From the human T2T-CHM13v2.0 reference genome, Homo sapiens, in NCBI RefSeq assembly GCF_009914755.1, contig NC_060937.1: 64,000 nucleotides of DNA; one strand, written 5' to 3'. Shown here one piece after another: positions 16,721-31,468 of the stretch. Each line of letters starts with the position of its first letter. The first letter of the stretch is position 1. The notes beneath the pieces are model-generated. The model did no database searches and was not told the origin of the DNA. It saw only the letters and a program-made list of their open reading frames with translations. Position numbers and translations under genes: made by a program.

Positions 16721-19489
16721 AGGTTGAAATACTATAACATTGTGTGATACAATACACAGGCATTTTAACTAAATGACATAGATATGAAGATTCATACTAT
16801 GAGTGTAACCCCCAAATAGTATAAAATATATTTTAAAATGGAACATTTTTCCTCTTAGGTTTATGATTCAGTAATCTCAATGATAATAAAATAGACCCAT
16901 AAAATAAAGATAAGTTGAAATGTGGAATGAACAGAACCTGAGGTGTATGACTTATGCCCATCACCATCATATATAATACAGCTTCTTTCCAAGTCTATAC
17001 AGTGTTCAAGTCCTTGAAAGAGGGAGTCGGTAAAGGGACAGGGCAGGACTAGGCACTTGAGATGTGTTTGTTACTCTGGGGAATGAAGCTGCTGAGCAGG
17101 CCTTTTCTGCATTGTTAGAAAAGTGTGTAATAAACAAAGGGAAGAAGCTTCAGTAAGCTGGACAACACACACGAGTGATAATCAGAAGGTCTCTCCTTTG
17201 CAAATACACATCTTGCTTTTGCAAGGATAGTGTTGTATCTCATGGAAAGCTGTGTAAATATCAGGATCCTGTTTATACTAGTTAGACACATGAAACATGC
17301 TTGCACATGCTCACATACATACACACAAACACAGTCACATAGTTGGCTCTTGGGTAACTGTCATCCTTTCTCGTAAGTTTTTCCATGGAATTGATGATAA
17401 TTCAGGTAACGGTTAAGTATGGCCCTACATAAATGCTTGCTTGTTTAGCCAGGAAACATTTGGTATGAACAGCAAGGTGTGACTGTGAAGGGGTTGCTGA
17501 TATGTATGTGTGGAGTCAATGTATGTTTCGTGAGTTAAGAGATGATTTGTTGCAGGGCTAATGATATTTTGAAAGACAAGAATAAGATACAACACTATCC
17601 TTGGAAAAGCAAGATGTGTATTTACAAAGGCGAGACCTTCTGATTATCACTCGTGTGTGTTGTCCAGCTTACTGAAGCTTCTTCCCTTTGTTTATTACAC
17701 ACTTTTCTAGCAATGCAGAAAAGGCCTACTCAGCAGCTTCATTCCTCAGAGTAAAGAAAGAAGCTGTATTATATATGATGGTGATGGGTGTAAGTCATAC
17801 ACCTCAGGTTCTGTTCATTCCACATTTCCACAAGAATAAGAATGCCTTTGCTAGGTGGCATGGAAAAGGAATAAAGACATTTTGAAACTTTTAAACACCT
17901 ATATGATAGGTCTCTGATATAGTCATTAAAATCATCATTAATTTACTGAATAGTCATCAAACTATAACTATTTATGAGGTTTGGAGAGGGTTTGAAAGAA
18001 AACTAACAAAATAAGCCTTTGCAAAGTGCCAAATGATAGTGCAGAAAATAAAAATGATGGGAGTTTAGAAAGGGTGGAGAATAATGAGATAACCAAATAT
18101 GAAAAATAATTGACAGTATCTTAACCAATATGGTAGTGCGTGTCATGTAAGATAAAGTGAATCCTGTAGAGATAGCAGTTCATGCTGGACGAGTGATTTT
18201 ATTCTCACCTCCTTGGCCCTAGGGAGGTGAGAGATTCTTTTGAAGGGAGGCTGGATTTAGCGGCAACTTTAAGCACAGGACCTTATTGAGTATCAATAAG
18301 ATACGTCCTGGGGGAGGTATCAGTGTTTGGCTTGAGGGAATTTCTCAGTTCAACAGTAGACTTTTCAGGCGAAGAAGAAAGAAATCAAATATCCTAGTAC
18401 GAGCAGAGAGGCGAGAGCTGAAAATGTTGGAAGAGACAACATATGGGGGATCTCGTGACCAAAGGCAGCAAAGCCCTGCAATGCTGGTGATTCATTCATG
18501 GTCCTTTATATCATAAGAATTAACACCCAGGCTATAAAGTTAATTATATCACTTGAGCATTTGGGAGAACATAATTTGACACAGCACATTAAAAATCCCT
18601 GGCATAATGAATATATTACTCTAGGATTCTAGCAAGGTCTAACGAATAAATATTTAAAGTTTAAGTACATTCCCATGAACTCAGTCTAGATTCACTTGAT
18701 AAACTAGATAAGCTTACAGTTAATGAATTTGTTCTGGTTGACTGAGTTAATAATGAGTGCTTAAAACTCGCCTAATGCATATTTACTCAAAAGTCTTAGG
18801 ATGGTATGAGTGATGATTCTATGTGCAGTTGGAAGCCCAATGTAATAAATATGTATTCAAAAGCTTTAAAAACCATCACTACACATTAGAATTACATAAT
18901 TTTTATTTTGTTTTCTGCCCTCTATCCCCACCTAATTGCTATATGGCAGGACTTTATTTTTATTACTGCAAATAAATAGTGTAATTATCCTTTAAAGAAA
19001 TTTGTAATGGTCTGGTGGAGAATTAATAAAAATCATTATAATTGCACTGTGTACAAATGAAATATTTTTAACACATAGCTTGGCAGTAACTATTTGGAAA
19101 TTTAACAAGTAATTTTTATTCTCTATCTCTGCAACTTCTATGTTTATTACTTTTAAATTTAAGTCTATGGGGAAGATTCTTTTGGCTTGGAAATGAGCAA
19201 CGTTTTAAATATTCCGATTCAGAGCCAATATGAATATAAGTAGGCAATAAGTTTCCTTTGTGATAATGAGAGATATGGCAAATCAAATGTTATAGTCATT
19301 GTCTTTATGGAACTTTCCACCTTATTGTGCCCCAAGCCAAATGCTGTATGGAGAGACTGCCTTGATATTCCTGTTAGCCTTTTAAGTTTTCTGTTGTTCA
19401 CCATCACTGATTCCTCAGGCATTTTTGTGAGTACCTTATACCTAAGGCAATTCCAGTGACAGGGATCCTCAGGTCTATAAATTAGGAAT

Positions 19490-19930
19490 CCTTCCAGCTG
19501 CAAGTGATAACATATCTGGGTAACAACAGATTAAGTAAGTAGGTGTTTGTTTTGCTTAGGTGTCAAGTTTACAGGCTGGCAGCTATTGGCTTTGCTTCAG
19601 TGGCTCAACACTGCTAGAGCTGGTTCTGTGCTGTTCTATAGTCGCTGTTGCAGTACCAGGCAACCCTTTGTCTTTAAGGCAGCAGGAGGTGGGAGAAGGG
19701 TCAATGACAGGTGTCTCTATTACCTCGATAGCAACATCAACAAAAAATTACCAAAGGCTTTGCTAGAATCTTCCTGAAGAGATTTCTGCTTCTATGTAAT
19801 TGTCTAGAAAGGTGTCACATGGCTACCTAGCTGCAAATGAAGGTTGACATGTGAGTTTTTAGTTGAGGTGGGAATCGGAGAGGGGGTTGGAAATGAGTGC
19901 TGGGTTAACCAGACAATAGTATCTGCTACA
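19490..19930. mobile_element. Old MaLR LTR (MLT1-type)
   Basis: gctgcaagtgataaca...gtcacatggctacctagctgcaa motifs. Confidence 0.45.
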
Positions 19931-21239
19931 CCTGAAAAGCCTGTGCCTTACTGGTGAGGGGCAGAGATTCTTAGGGCCAGTGGGAAGGAAGAAGGTACAA
20001 ATGGCAGAAACTGCAAGACCAATGGAGAGGTTCATTTCTCTCCACTCCATCCATACTCACCAGACCTGTACATTGACCCCGGGGAAGCCATGTTAACCCT
20101 TGAAGCCACTTTTAATATTTCTTTCTCTTGATTTTGTTGTCTCATATATCATATGATAGTAAAGGAAAATATTGAAAAAGCAACCTCATGGTCTCATTTC
20201 CTTAAAAAACCCTTTAATGTTTCCCCTCCTTTTTATTCCCTATCATTTGCAAGGATTGCAATATAAATATAATTAATTACCAATTTGCTTTTTTCACTTA
20301 ACGTGATTTCATAACCCTTTTCCTTCTCTGTCTCATTTTGTTCTTAATGAATGTCTGTATTGTCTTCACTGACTCCTTTAAAGGATTGACATTAGTGATA
20401 CAGCTTAGAAGACTTAGCCTTATGTTTCTTATGCCATGAGGCATGAAAGAGTCATTATGTCCCAGTAGCAAAAGGACAGAATCATATTTGTTATTTTTCA
20501 AAGCTATTCTTTTAAAATTCTTCTGATTTGAGAACAGTAACCACAATGACTTAAGAATTGACTTATATTGTATAAATCAATCAAGCAGCTGAAAACCCTG
20601 CTGGTTTGACATGTAAGTAATCTTTGTACTTAAACATCCTAAACTACTATTTTTAATTTTAAATAATGATACTGTCTCTCTTATTACTTACATGTATATT
20701 TGTTGGCGTGTACTTATTCCCAGCAAAGGCAATGATGATTTCTTAGAATTAATTTTTCTCTACCAGCTTTATAACACCGAACAGGTTTTTAAATGTACCA
20801 CTTAGCAAATTAATAGAAGGTCAAACCACTGGAATTTAGAAAAAAAAGAAACTTGATTATATAACTCCAAACAATTTTTAAAACTGATGTATACTTTATA
20901 CATTCTTAGTTGATATTTAACATTTGTTATCATAAGGTTAAATAATTACAAGTTCAATTTCTGACAAAAGCTGAAAATACAATTTGGTAAAAATGAAAAT
21001 TTAAAATTAAAGTGATACATCACTTTTAAATATATCCATTGAAATCTACACACCTCATAGATATTTATTACTGATTTTTAAAAAATGAGAAGTTCTGCCT
21101 TCGTTTTTGAGAATTTTACATTGTTTTTCTTTTGACTTGAACTTATGTAATCCTTTTTCCATTATAGAATTTTATTCTAATGTGATGTATTTATGAGAAT
21201 TTTGACACTGTGTATTTTTGGATAAATATTATGTACTTG

Positions 21240-21480
21240 AGTGCTGTGGTCAACAGAACAGAATATACAGCTAAACTTCTGGAGTTCAAGTTTCACCCTT
21301 TGCCAGCTAAGTGACATTGGGAAAGTTACTTAATCATTCTGTGCCTAAGTTCCCTCAATTGTAAAAGTGGGAGAAATATTACATATCCCACAGAGTGATT
21401 GTGAGGACTAAATGAGTTCACATGTGTAAAGAACTTAGACGAAAGCCTGGAATGCAATATACACTGTCCTGTTATCGTTA
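21240..21480. mobile_element. MIR SINE
   Basis: gtgacattgggaaagttacttaatcattctgtgcctaagttccctcaattgtaaaa core. Confidence 0.8.
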
Positions 21481-21934
21481 GACTGAGACACAGCAACAAC
21501 TATTTTGTGCCTCTTTTTTATGGGTTTAAGTGCTTATAAACCTTGTTTACATAAAAAGGAAGATGATAACGAGAGGATTTTTGGTATATATTGTCCCTCA
21601 AATTTCCAAGTTACACGCAAAAACAATACCACATAGTGGTCTATCAGCAAAACTTTTTTAAAATACAAGGATTAACAACTTGATGGGATCCTCTTCCAGT
21701 TTTCTTGAAAGTAAAGAATTGGAATTACCCATCTTTCAAAATGTTTCTTGAACTGAAGTCATTTGCCATCTCAATTTCTGGAAAGTGTGCTACCAAAGGC
21801 ATTGCAAGATGTATCTAAGAGCTCTAGACTCTGTTATTCTTCCACTTACAGTCTCCACATTTAACTCTATTCTCACAAAAGGGTGGAGAAGATAAAAATA
21901 TTAGATACATTTCCTGCTACATCTTGGGCAAAAA

Positions 21935-22570
21935 AATATTTGATCAGCTTTATTATAATAACATTTACATAGAATAAGAGTCACTAATTTCAAAAGTACA
22001 GTTCTGTGAATTTGGACAAATGTATAAAGTTGTGGATCCACCACCAAAGTTATGATATAGAACATTTCTGTCACTTCCACATGGTACATCATATCTTTTT
22101 GCAGTAATTGCCTCCCCAGATGCTTGATGCCTGATTGGCTTTCTGTCACCCTTTCACTTCTGGTTACCTTGGGTAAATACCTAGGAGGGAGACTGCTGGG
22201 TCCCATGGTTAGTGTAGGTTTATGAGAAGCTGCAACACGTTTTCGAAGGTGGTTGTACCGCTTAGCAATCTACATTCTTGTCAACACTTGTTATTGTCAG
22301 CACTTTTTTCTTTTTAGTTATTTTATTGAGCATGCAGTGGTACCTTATTGTGGTTTTAATTTGGATTTATCTAATATTGTCGTGTTGAGTATCTTCTCAT
22401 GAATGTACCTCCCATTGCCATGTGCTTATTTGCTTTTAGTACCATTTTTTGCTGAAGTGTCTATTCAAATTCTTCTGCTTATTTTTCAGTTGGGTTCCTT
22501 GACTTCTTATTATTGAGTTTCAAGAGTTCTTTATATATTTTAGATCAATTATTTTATAATGTGCTTTTCA
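21935..22570 (-). mobile_element. Old L1M (L1MC/ME-like) 3' fragments
   Basis: ttattataataacatttacatag...gtggtaccttattgtggttttaatttg...gagttctttatatatttt. Confidence 0.65.
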
Positions 22571-23008
22571 TATGTTTTAAATATATTTTTTAAACCTTAG
22601 AGCTGCAGATCGAGCTCATGTAATTTACAAGAAATGTCTTTTATATTTCTTAATTAGCAGAGAAACCAGTCAATTACATCAGACTTTTTGTCAGAAAAAT
22701 TTTTTTGACTTCTCTTTTCAATCTTAACAATATAGCGACATGGGCCTCTGTGTTGACCATTTCACATCTGAATTCCAACTTAAGAAAGATAGATAAGGCT
22801 CAGACATTTGTTATAGTTTGGTATCTCTTGGAGGAAAAAAAACCCTGTGTCCTCTTTCAATGTCTCTAACCAGTGCTCCTTTGTTTGCTCTCACAGTTTT
22901 ACTCTCAAGGGTGATGGCTTTTGTGGGTAAATATTGGGATGGAAGTGCTGGCATGTTAATGGAAAATTGTCTTCTCCCCTAGACCACTTTATAATATTTA
23001 TATATTCA

Positions 23009-23126
23009 AAATGTTCCAACACAAGCCCAAATACTTCATTTCTAAATCATGAAATACATACCTATACAAATATTCCAACATGGGCCCACATACTTCATTT
23101 CTAAATCATTAAATACATATCTATAC
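23009..23126. repeat. 59-bp tandem duplication
   Basis: ttccaaca...atacttcatttctaaatcat.aaatacata.ctatac occurs at 23014 and 23073. Confidence 0.9.
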
Positions 23127-23656
23127 GATTGGGAAAGATAAGCTTTTCTCAGATACCAATATTTTGAATTGTTTGCTTGGTGTTAAAAAGTGTTCCTACC
23201 CTTGACCAATGTACCATAGTAAGATTAGGCCTGAGAATAAGGCCTGACCATGAGAGAGGAGGTGGACATGGAGAACCCAGGACAACTCAAACACTGGGCA
23301 TTTCAGGCAGGGCAGTTTGGGGAAGGTATACATCTGGAAGTTGAAGAAATGGAAACTTACTCCCTAACCATGCCTGCATACCCTTTGAACAATTTCATGA
23401 ACTCCCAGGGGTAACCACACCACAGTTTGAAGACGGTTGTTCTAAACTTATGTGGTTTTTGAAAAGGTGAAGGATTGAGAAGCAATGGGATACCAAATAT
23501 TCCAAGGAGATAAATTGTTTCCTACTGGAAGAGAGTGAGAGTTTCCTAGATTGAAAAGAGAATGATGTCTTTGAGGAGGAGTCAAATGAGGTTGATGACC
23601 TGAATTTCTTCAAGTCTCATTTATGAGAGATTTTAATGCAAGAGCTCCATAATTCT

Positions 23657-23980
23657 TTGTGTGTGTATGTGTATATTATACATATGACATATATATAATA
23701 TATGTCATATGTATAATATATGTGACATATATAATATTATATATATGTCATATGTATAATATACATATATCATTTATCACCATTTTGTAGGAGGTGAAAG
23801 CTTTATTTGTAAGTTCGTGAAATACTTTTATTATTTTAAATAGGCTATCATTGTGTATGTGTGTAAATATACACACACGTGTATATATATGTATATACAT
23901 CACCATTTCGTAGAAGATGGTGGCTTCATTTGTAAGTTCATGAAATACTTTCATTATTATTTTAAATCAGCTATCATTGT
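23657..23980. repeat. TA/TG microsatellite blocks alternating with two copies of an ~80-bp unit
   Basis: atcaccattt.gtag...tttgtaagttc.tgaaatacttt...ctatcattgt at 23776 and 23899. Confidence 0.85.
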
Positions 23981-24179
23981 CAAACTATTTTTAAGAGTAT
24001 TTAATTAATGTTCCCCCTGTATGATTTTCTGGAGGAAAATCCCAGTCAGTATCAGTGGGAGACCGAATTATGAGAGTGTTTAATTAAGAGTTTCTTTCAG
24101 GCACCTTTCAAAGAACAATTTAATATCTGAGAAACTCCACCTTATTTGTATCTCTAGAACTGAGCAGTGAGAAAATCTT

Positions 24180-24237
24180 GACACAAGTCACAAAGATTCA
24201 ACTAGACCAAACATTACAAAAATCATTTTCATTTATT
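24180..24237 (-). terminator. Polyadenylation signal AATAAA with downstream U/GU-rich element
   Basis: Plus-strand tttatt at 24232-24237; the minus strand then reads TTTTTGTAATGTTTGGTC...TTTGTGACTTGTGT. Confidence 0.75.
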
Positions 24238-26343
24238 TAAGCCTTTAAAATAAAATATTCATTTAATATGATACTCAGAGGCAATAAAATACATAATTTA
24301 ATCGACTTTTCAAATTCATTTAAAAATAGAGAGCTATCATTTTAGAAAGCTCAGCTATTTTTCTTCCCACTAGCAAATTAGGGAAAAAGACTCAAGTCAC
24401 AAGTTACCGCATCATGTAAGAAAGCCAAGTCCTATCTTGCTCACCTGTCTTGCTCAACAGGGAGGAAAAACCTGCTTGCTGCAGCTGCTGGCATCCAGGC
24501 CCTTGATTTTGGGTGTGTTGAAATTACAAGAGGAGTTCTCAGGGTCCCTTTAGTGTACCTGTCTATTTTCTGATTGATGGGAAATGTGTAGGAGGTACTT
24601 AGCCGCTAGACTGTAAATCTTCCTTTCCACCATTGGGAGCATATTCTCTGACACTCTCTAAGAAGGAAGTCTGTACCCCCTCTCCTCCACTATCTCTTAA
24701 AATTATTTAGTCCATTTTGTATTTGTCTAATGATGGAAAAATATGAAGTACTTATTCAACTGTAAATGGAAATCTTGCATAAAAAGATCAATGTTATGAA
24801 TTTGAAAAGCAGAATCCCTCACCCCTCTACTGGAAGAGCTAAGTTGAGTTCCTGTTCCCATAATGCTTGGGTGCACCAGCAGAATCTGAACTCAGAACAT
24901 GCAAATGCAAAAAGCCCTTTCAGCCAAAACACTTGAAATAGACTCTATGAGGCAGTGAAAATACCCAATGCAAAATGGAACAAAACCACTAAGGACCGAG
25001 TGGTTAAGATTGTGTATTCTGATTGCTGCAGAATGAGGGAAAGGAAATTAAATTCGATCTTATAATTGAAAGTCCAACACTTGATGAGTTATTTTCCCCT
25101 GGCAGCCGTAAACCCCTGCTACCGTATATCAGATAGTCCTGGCTTCCCTTGGCTACACCTACTTACAGCATTGAAACAACTTTCCTGGCTGGTGGGGCCC
25201 TTCTGACTTTTGGGCCCTGGGACACGTTCTCTGTTTCAAATACTGTTTAATACTCATTTCCTGATCACTCTCGGACTTGATTCTTCTTATACTACTTACT
25301 CCTGCACATCTAATTGACTCTAGCATTTCAACCAGGTTTCTGTTACTTGTGTTTTCTATGTATTTTATACTATCTCCCATTGAATTAATTCCTCCACTAG
25401 AGTCTTGGTGTTTCTCTCAATACTTCTGTCTTTGCACCTCCTGCCACCTCCCTGACCATGGTGCTTACTGTGGGTGGTCCCTGTCAACTGACTAGCTGTC
25501 ATATTAGCTATGTGGATCCACTGCACACAGGAAAACCTTGAGGAAGTCCCTCTCCCAGATTTGAAGAGCTCTTTGCCAAATACACACCATTTGAAAGAAT
25601 TATGTTTTTCCTTGGAAGATCTAGTGGGTATCACTGGACCCCTGAGGTAGAGCAATAGATGTACGATATCCCTGCTGAGTTAAGAGCCTGCATCCAATAT
25701 GGTTATTGAATTCTATTTTGTAATAATTTCCTCTCATTTCTGCTTTTGGACTGCCACTGGAGAAGGCAACTTTTTAAAAATACAGAAGTCAGATATTTGC
25801 CCATGTTATATTACAAAGTTATATAAATATATAGGTTGCAAAGCTTTTAAAATAATGATTAAAATGTCAGTGAAAGATGTTCATGTCAATTTTTATAATC
25901 ATAAACACTGAAGAAAATCGTGACCACTGTAATAATAATAATTCATTACATCTACTTTAACATACAGAAACTCAGGTTGTCATCTATGGGCTAGGAAATT
26001 CTGCATAAGAATTCAGTTTTGGTGTTAACGATGTTTTCATTCTCGGTGTTCCCTATGTCAGGTTTAGTCTGAGAATATTTTGGGGGAATATTTCAATGAC
26101 AATATATCTATATGAGTATACATACATATATAAAACATATACATATATATAGGAAACAATATTTGTCCCATTAAAGAATTGGGCCACCAGTCACTTGGTA
26201 CTGAAACCAATACATGAATTCCAATGAAATTCCAATTTTCACTTTAACTCTTTTCTGCCAACTGTCCTACCAAAACAAATAATTAAATATAGTTACGGTT
26301 TAAGAACGTAATTTGGAACTCGTCTGTTTTGTCCACTTGATGT
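24210..26343 (-). other. SLC10A2: SLC10A2 3'UTR (~2.1 kb, AU-rich)
   Basis: Runs from the stop codon to the AATAAA/GU-rich site near 24235; exact cleavage position inferred. Confidence 0.75.
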
Positions 26344-26471
26344 CTACTTTTCGTCAGGTTGAAATCCTCCATTTGCCTTATAAAACGATGACTCTGGCTC
26401 CGTTCCATTTTCTTTGCTCTCTGGAATTTCTGCCTTGTTTTTTCCATGACATTTCTTGTATGCCACATAAA
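26344..26471 (-). CDS. SLC10A2: SLC10A2 exon 6 coding part (128 nt incl. TAG)
   Basis: gttttctag|TTTATGTGGCATAC...CCTGACGAAAAGTAG; encodes FYVAYKKCHGKNKAEIPESKENGTEPESSFYKANGGFQPDEK*. Exon lengths sum to 1047 nt = 348 aa + stop. Confidence 0.99.
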
Positions 26472-28340
26472 CTAGAAAACAATACACAGATAGTTAAGTA
26501 AATTTTATAATAATAAACTGCAAAATTACTTTGCATAGAGATTATAACCTATGATTCACATGGCAGATCACATTTTCTGTAGACTGGAGGCTGCTTAGAG
26601 AAAGAAATCACCATTCTTAGTTCTATGGCTACTCATGGCGAGAGGGATGACTGCACTTCAGGAAGACCTAGCATAAATCTTTAGGAGACATTTGCTCAGG
26701 GCAGCCACAAGCTTCTTCAGGCATTCAGCCCTGCACGTGGTACTCAACAATGATAAGAACAATAGGGAGGATTTATTCTGTACCGCCATATCCCAGTTAA
26801 TGTGCTAGTTCTTAATAAATATACACATGGTGCAGTGCAACCTCCAGGACATGGGTTTGATGGTCCTCTGTAGAAGGACTTGAACTAGAACAACGTTCCC
26901 ATTCCCTCCCTGCCTTCATTCAATCTTTCCCCCGGAGAGAAGAGACTCGGCTGATGGGTGATCAGAATTCCTCTTTTCTGTGGAGCTGCTGGTCTCTGAT
27001 AGCAAGCATTTCTCAGCTTATTTTTAATGTCAGCTCATCAGGGTAGGCTCTGCCCTGCGAGGCAAGACCTGCAATGTCTATGCATGTGTGAGTACATGTC
27101 TGCACATGTGTGAGGCAGTGGAGGAAAGGGTGGTTTCAACAAGCCCATTTGGTTGCAGATTCAAGTCATGTTTTCCAATTAAGTTTTATCCATAGTTAAA
27201 GTGCTATTCTGTTATCTGAATATCTGATTTTTCTTCTACTTCTCAATTGGTCACAAAGGCAAGAGGAGGACAGAAAATACTCCTTATAGGACCCCTCGAA
27301 TTCTAATACCTCACATATAAAATGGCCATAATAATATTAGCTACCTCATAGGGCAATTGTGAACATTAAATGAGATAAAATTAAATGCCTAACATGGTCT
27401 GTGAAGAATAGTAAATGCTCAATAAATGTTAACGTTCATTATGATACACAGCTGAGAGAGATAATGACTTGCTTCAAAGATCTTATTAACTCAAGATCAA
27501 TATTTCCTTTAGATTGGTCCCTGAACTTCTAGTCATATATTATTTTCAAAGCCACTGAACCACACTATTGAATTTAATTGAGCTTGTGGTCAATTTGAAG
27601 ATCCGCCACTTATTATAAACTGTTTTGAGCTGAGAGTCCCTCAGCTTAAACTTATGCCAATGATTTCATTTAACCAAACTATACCTCTTGTTTATCCCTT
27701 TTTCTTTCCCTCCCTTCTCTCCCTGCCTTCCTCCCTCCCTCCCTCCCTCTCTCCCTCCCCCATCCTTCCTTTTTTCCCTTTTTCTTTCTTCCCCTCCTCT
27801 CCTTTTTCCAAAAAAAAATTTAGAATCCTAGCCTTACCACCAAAATATGTTTCCAGGTATTGTATACACTTAACAAAGATTCCTCCCTTATTTTTATACA
27901 TACTGATGTAACTGGGAAATTTCAAGACCGAGTTGAGTGCTCCCTTTTCCTCATTCCTTCAACTTAATTTTTTATTAATCAACCTCTTTGGGGTTAGTGT
28001 TCAACTAGTGCATTACTTAATTGTTCTATCAACCAGTCCACTTTCTCTGGCTTATCTAGTAGACATCATTAAGTAATTATTTGGAAAAATCCCACTGTGT
28101 GCCAAATTGGGCAGATCAAACAACGTTATTATACAGAAAACAAGGTAATTAGGCCTGGACTCCTGCTTCCTGGAGCAGTGATAAATCCATGGAATGTTTT
28201 CAGTGGATTCAGAGTATTCTGTTCTGGAAAGGAAGCCTCTGCTTTGAGAATGACATTCAAGACAGTAGTGCAGAGGAGATCAGCATCACAGGGCAAGTTG
28301 AAGAGCTGATGAAGCTAAGCAGAAAAGTAAAGCAAAACCA

Positions 28341-28763
<423 letters not shown>

Positions 28764-29500
28764 TCATGAGGCTTTAAAAACTAGCTTTTTTATTAAAAAA
28801 AATAGAATGTAAAAATAGAGGTTAAATATTATCAGCCCTTGGAAAGGAAAATGTAGAAAGAATTTTCAACTAGGTGAAGGCCAGTGGGCGGTGGGGCCTG
28901 ATGGGAAACGCTGGGAGCTTCATGCCACAGGACAGGAGAAGTAAGAATTACTTAAACTACACCTAGTACTTTACATAAGGAACATTTTTGCTTCAACCAC
29001 TTCAATTATATGGGTATTTAAAATATATATATACATGCATATACACATATGCACACACACATCTTCCTTGTAAGTTAGCCTGGTAAATTTTCTTTGTATA
29101 CCAGTTTTCTGATAAATATCCTATATTTATAAAGCATATCAAGACAATGTTTTGAAAAAGATCACCAAATCCTGAGTTCCTGGGCGAATGCCAGAAGGCG
29201 CACAATAAAATGGTCCCAACAGGTTCCTCTGCCTTCCTTATTACTGAGGAAAAGAAAGTCATTGGAGAGAATCGGCCTCCATTACTTTTCACTCAAAAAT
29301 AATCTTTGCTAGAATCTTTTGGTAAAACTACCATCTTTTCATCAGCAATTGGAAAGTCATGATAATATGACGGTGGCTTTTTCCTCTCATATATTTGTAC
29401 AATTCACCACCAGGAACGGGGAGTTTTAAAAAAATGTTGTTTTAGCAACTCCAGGATTTTTCAAAGATTATCATGAAATGGGATTGGCATGATTCCTTAC

Positions 29501-29658
29501 ATCCTAAGAATATTGCGGCAAAGGCGAGCTGGAAAATGCTGTAGATGAGCGGGAAGGTGAATACGACATTGAGCTCCTCAGGAGTGAAGGAGAGCTGAAC
29601 GATGGTGGAACATAGCTGCGTGTTCTGCATCCCCGTTTCAAAAGCAACCGTTCGGCAC
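29501..29658 (-). CDS. SLC10A2: SLC10A2 exon 5 (158 nt)
   Basis: tctttag|GTGCCGAACG...TTAGGAT|gtaagg; encodes [52 protein letters not shown], including the SLC10 ETGMQN motif. Confidence 0.99.
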
Positions 29659-30066
29659 CTAAAGAAGATGTTAAGAGAGCACATGTTTTAGTAGTTTTGT
29701 TATTGTGAAACATGAAAAGCAGATATAATAATAAGTACATATATATGCATTATGTCTCTGCTTTTAATGCATGTATTTAAGATAGGCTTATTCAATATAT
29801 AACTTTCTATGGAATAAGTGTAATACTTATTAATGTATATTATACATCATCTCACCTATTGTATATAATATAAATAAATATATTTAATATGTGCATATGA
29901 AGAGTTGGCTCATTTACCACAGTGTTAGGTAAGTGGCCAAGAGGGTTCATTTCACCCTTTTCAATTATGATTTTGGTAACAGTGTAGAGCACAGGGCAGC
30001 AGCTCAGAAAATGCTCAAGATATGGTATTTGTTGTCGCTGTTTTATTGTTTAATTTGTTTTGTTTA

Positions 30067-30375
30067 GGCTGGGCTAAACAGGTGGCTCACACCAGTAATC
30101 TCAGCACTTTGGGAGGCTGAAGTGGGAGGATTTCTTGAGCCCAGGTGTCCAGGAGTTCAAGACCAGACTGGGCCACATAATGAGACCCTGTTTCTAAAAC
30201 AACAAAACAAAACAAAAAAATTAGCCAGGCAAGGTGGTGTGGGCTTGTAGTCCCAGCTCCTCGGGAGGCTAAGGCAGGAGGATCACTTGAGCCAAGGCTT
30301 CAGTGAGCTATGATTGTGCCACTGGACTCCAGCCTGGGCGACAGAATGAGACCCTGTCTCATAAAAATAAAAAAT
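30067..30375 (+). mobile_element. AluJ
   Basis: Diverged dimer with ggaggatcacttgagcc..cagtgagctatgatt. Confidence 0.9.
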
Positions 30376-31014
30376 TGTTGTGTTTAAATCTTGACAGAAA
30401 GTCTATAAGGTAGAAATTATTGTCCCCATTCTACAGATGATAAAACTCAGAGAAAGAGTGAATGCTGGGCCTGAGGTCCCCCGGGCAGTGTGTGGTCGGA
30501 TTGGAAGGCAAGCCCAGGTCTGCCTGACTCAAACACTGCGCTCTTCTTGCTGCCCATACCCACTCCTCTCTTTCCCAACTTCATACATGCATCTGTCCCT
30601 ACACCTGTGTTCTCTCTGCCTGTGGATTCGATGGATTAGTCAAAAAGAATTGTTTTTGCCCGGTACCAAATCCAGAAGTGTGAAACCCATTTTAATATTC
30701 GGCGCCTTTGGAGGATGAGCTCACCCTGCTGCCAGCTGGAGGAACGCTTGTCTATTCCAAGGCAGCCCAACTGCTTTCATTAATGTCATTCCACTCAGAG
30801 AATAAGAATACTTAGCAATGGAAGAGCCCCATCTGCCTTGTAAGCCGAATGGTCCAGAAGACTTTGAGCAAAAAAGAGGCAGTCAGTATTTTCTTTCTGG
30901 GGACTTGCATGACTTCGGAATGAATGGGCCTATTTAGAATGACATATTCAGAAATAGGATGAATGTGATTGATGAAGGGCTAAGGATTTTGATCCTGTCT
31001 TCAGTGTTTGCAGC

Positions 31015-31419
31015 TGTTATGGATTGATTATGTCTCCCTTTCCCCCAAATTCATATGTTGAAGTCCTAACACTCCGCACCTCAGGATGTGACATTATGTG
31101 GGAACAGGGTCATTGCAGATATAATTAGTTAAGATGAGTTCATTAGAGGAGGCCCTTATCCAATGACTGGTGTCCTTATCAAAAGGGGAGCCAGGCCACA
31201 GAGAGGTGCACTGAGGAAAGACACAGGAAGAAGATGGATGTCTGCAAGCCACGAGGAAGGCCAGTAAGGGATCCCTCCATCATAGCCCTTAGAAAGAATC
31301 AATTCAGTGACACCTTCATTTTCACTTCTAGTCTCTGAAACCGTGAGACAATAAGTGTCTGTTGTTTAAGCCACTCAGTTTGTGGTTCTGTCTTATGGCA
31401 CCTCTAGCAAAGGAATACA
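31015..31419 (+). mobile_element. MLT1A/B MaLR solo LTR
   Basis: tgttatggattgatt...aaattcatatgttgaagtcctaac...aataagtgtctgttgtttaagccac...aataca. Confidence 0.8.
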
Positions 31420-31468
31420 ACAGATATTACAGATTAAAATTCCCAATGTGATTTACTAAATGCCATAC

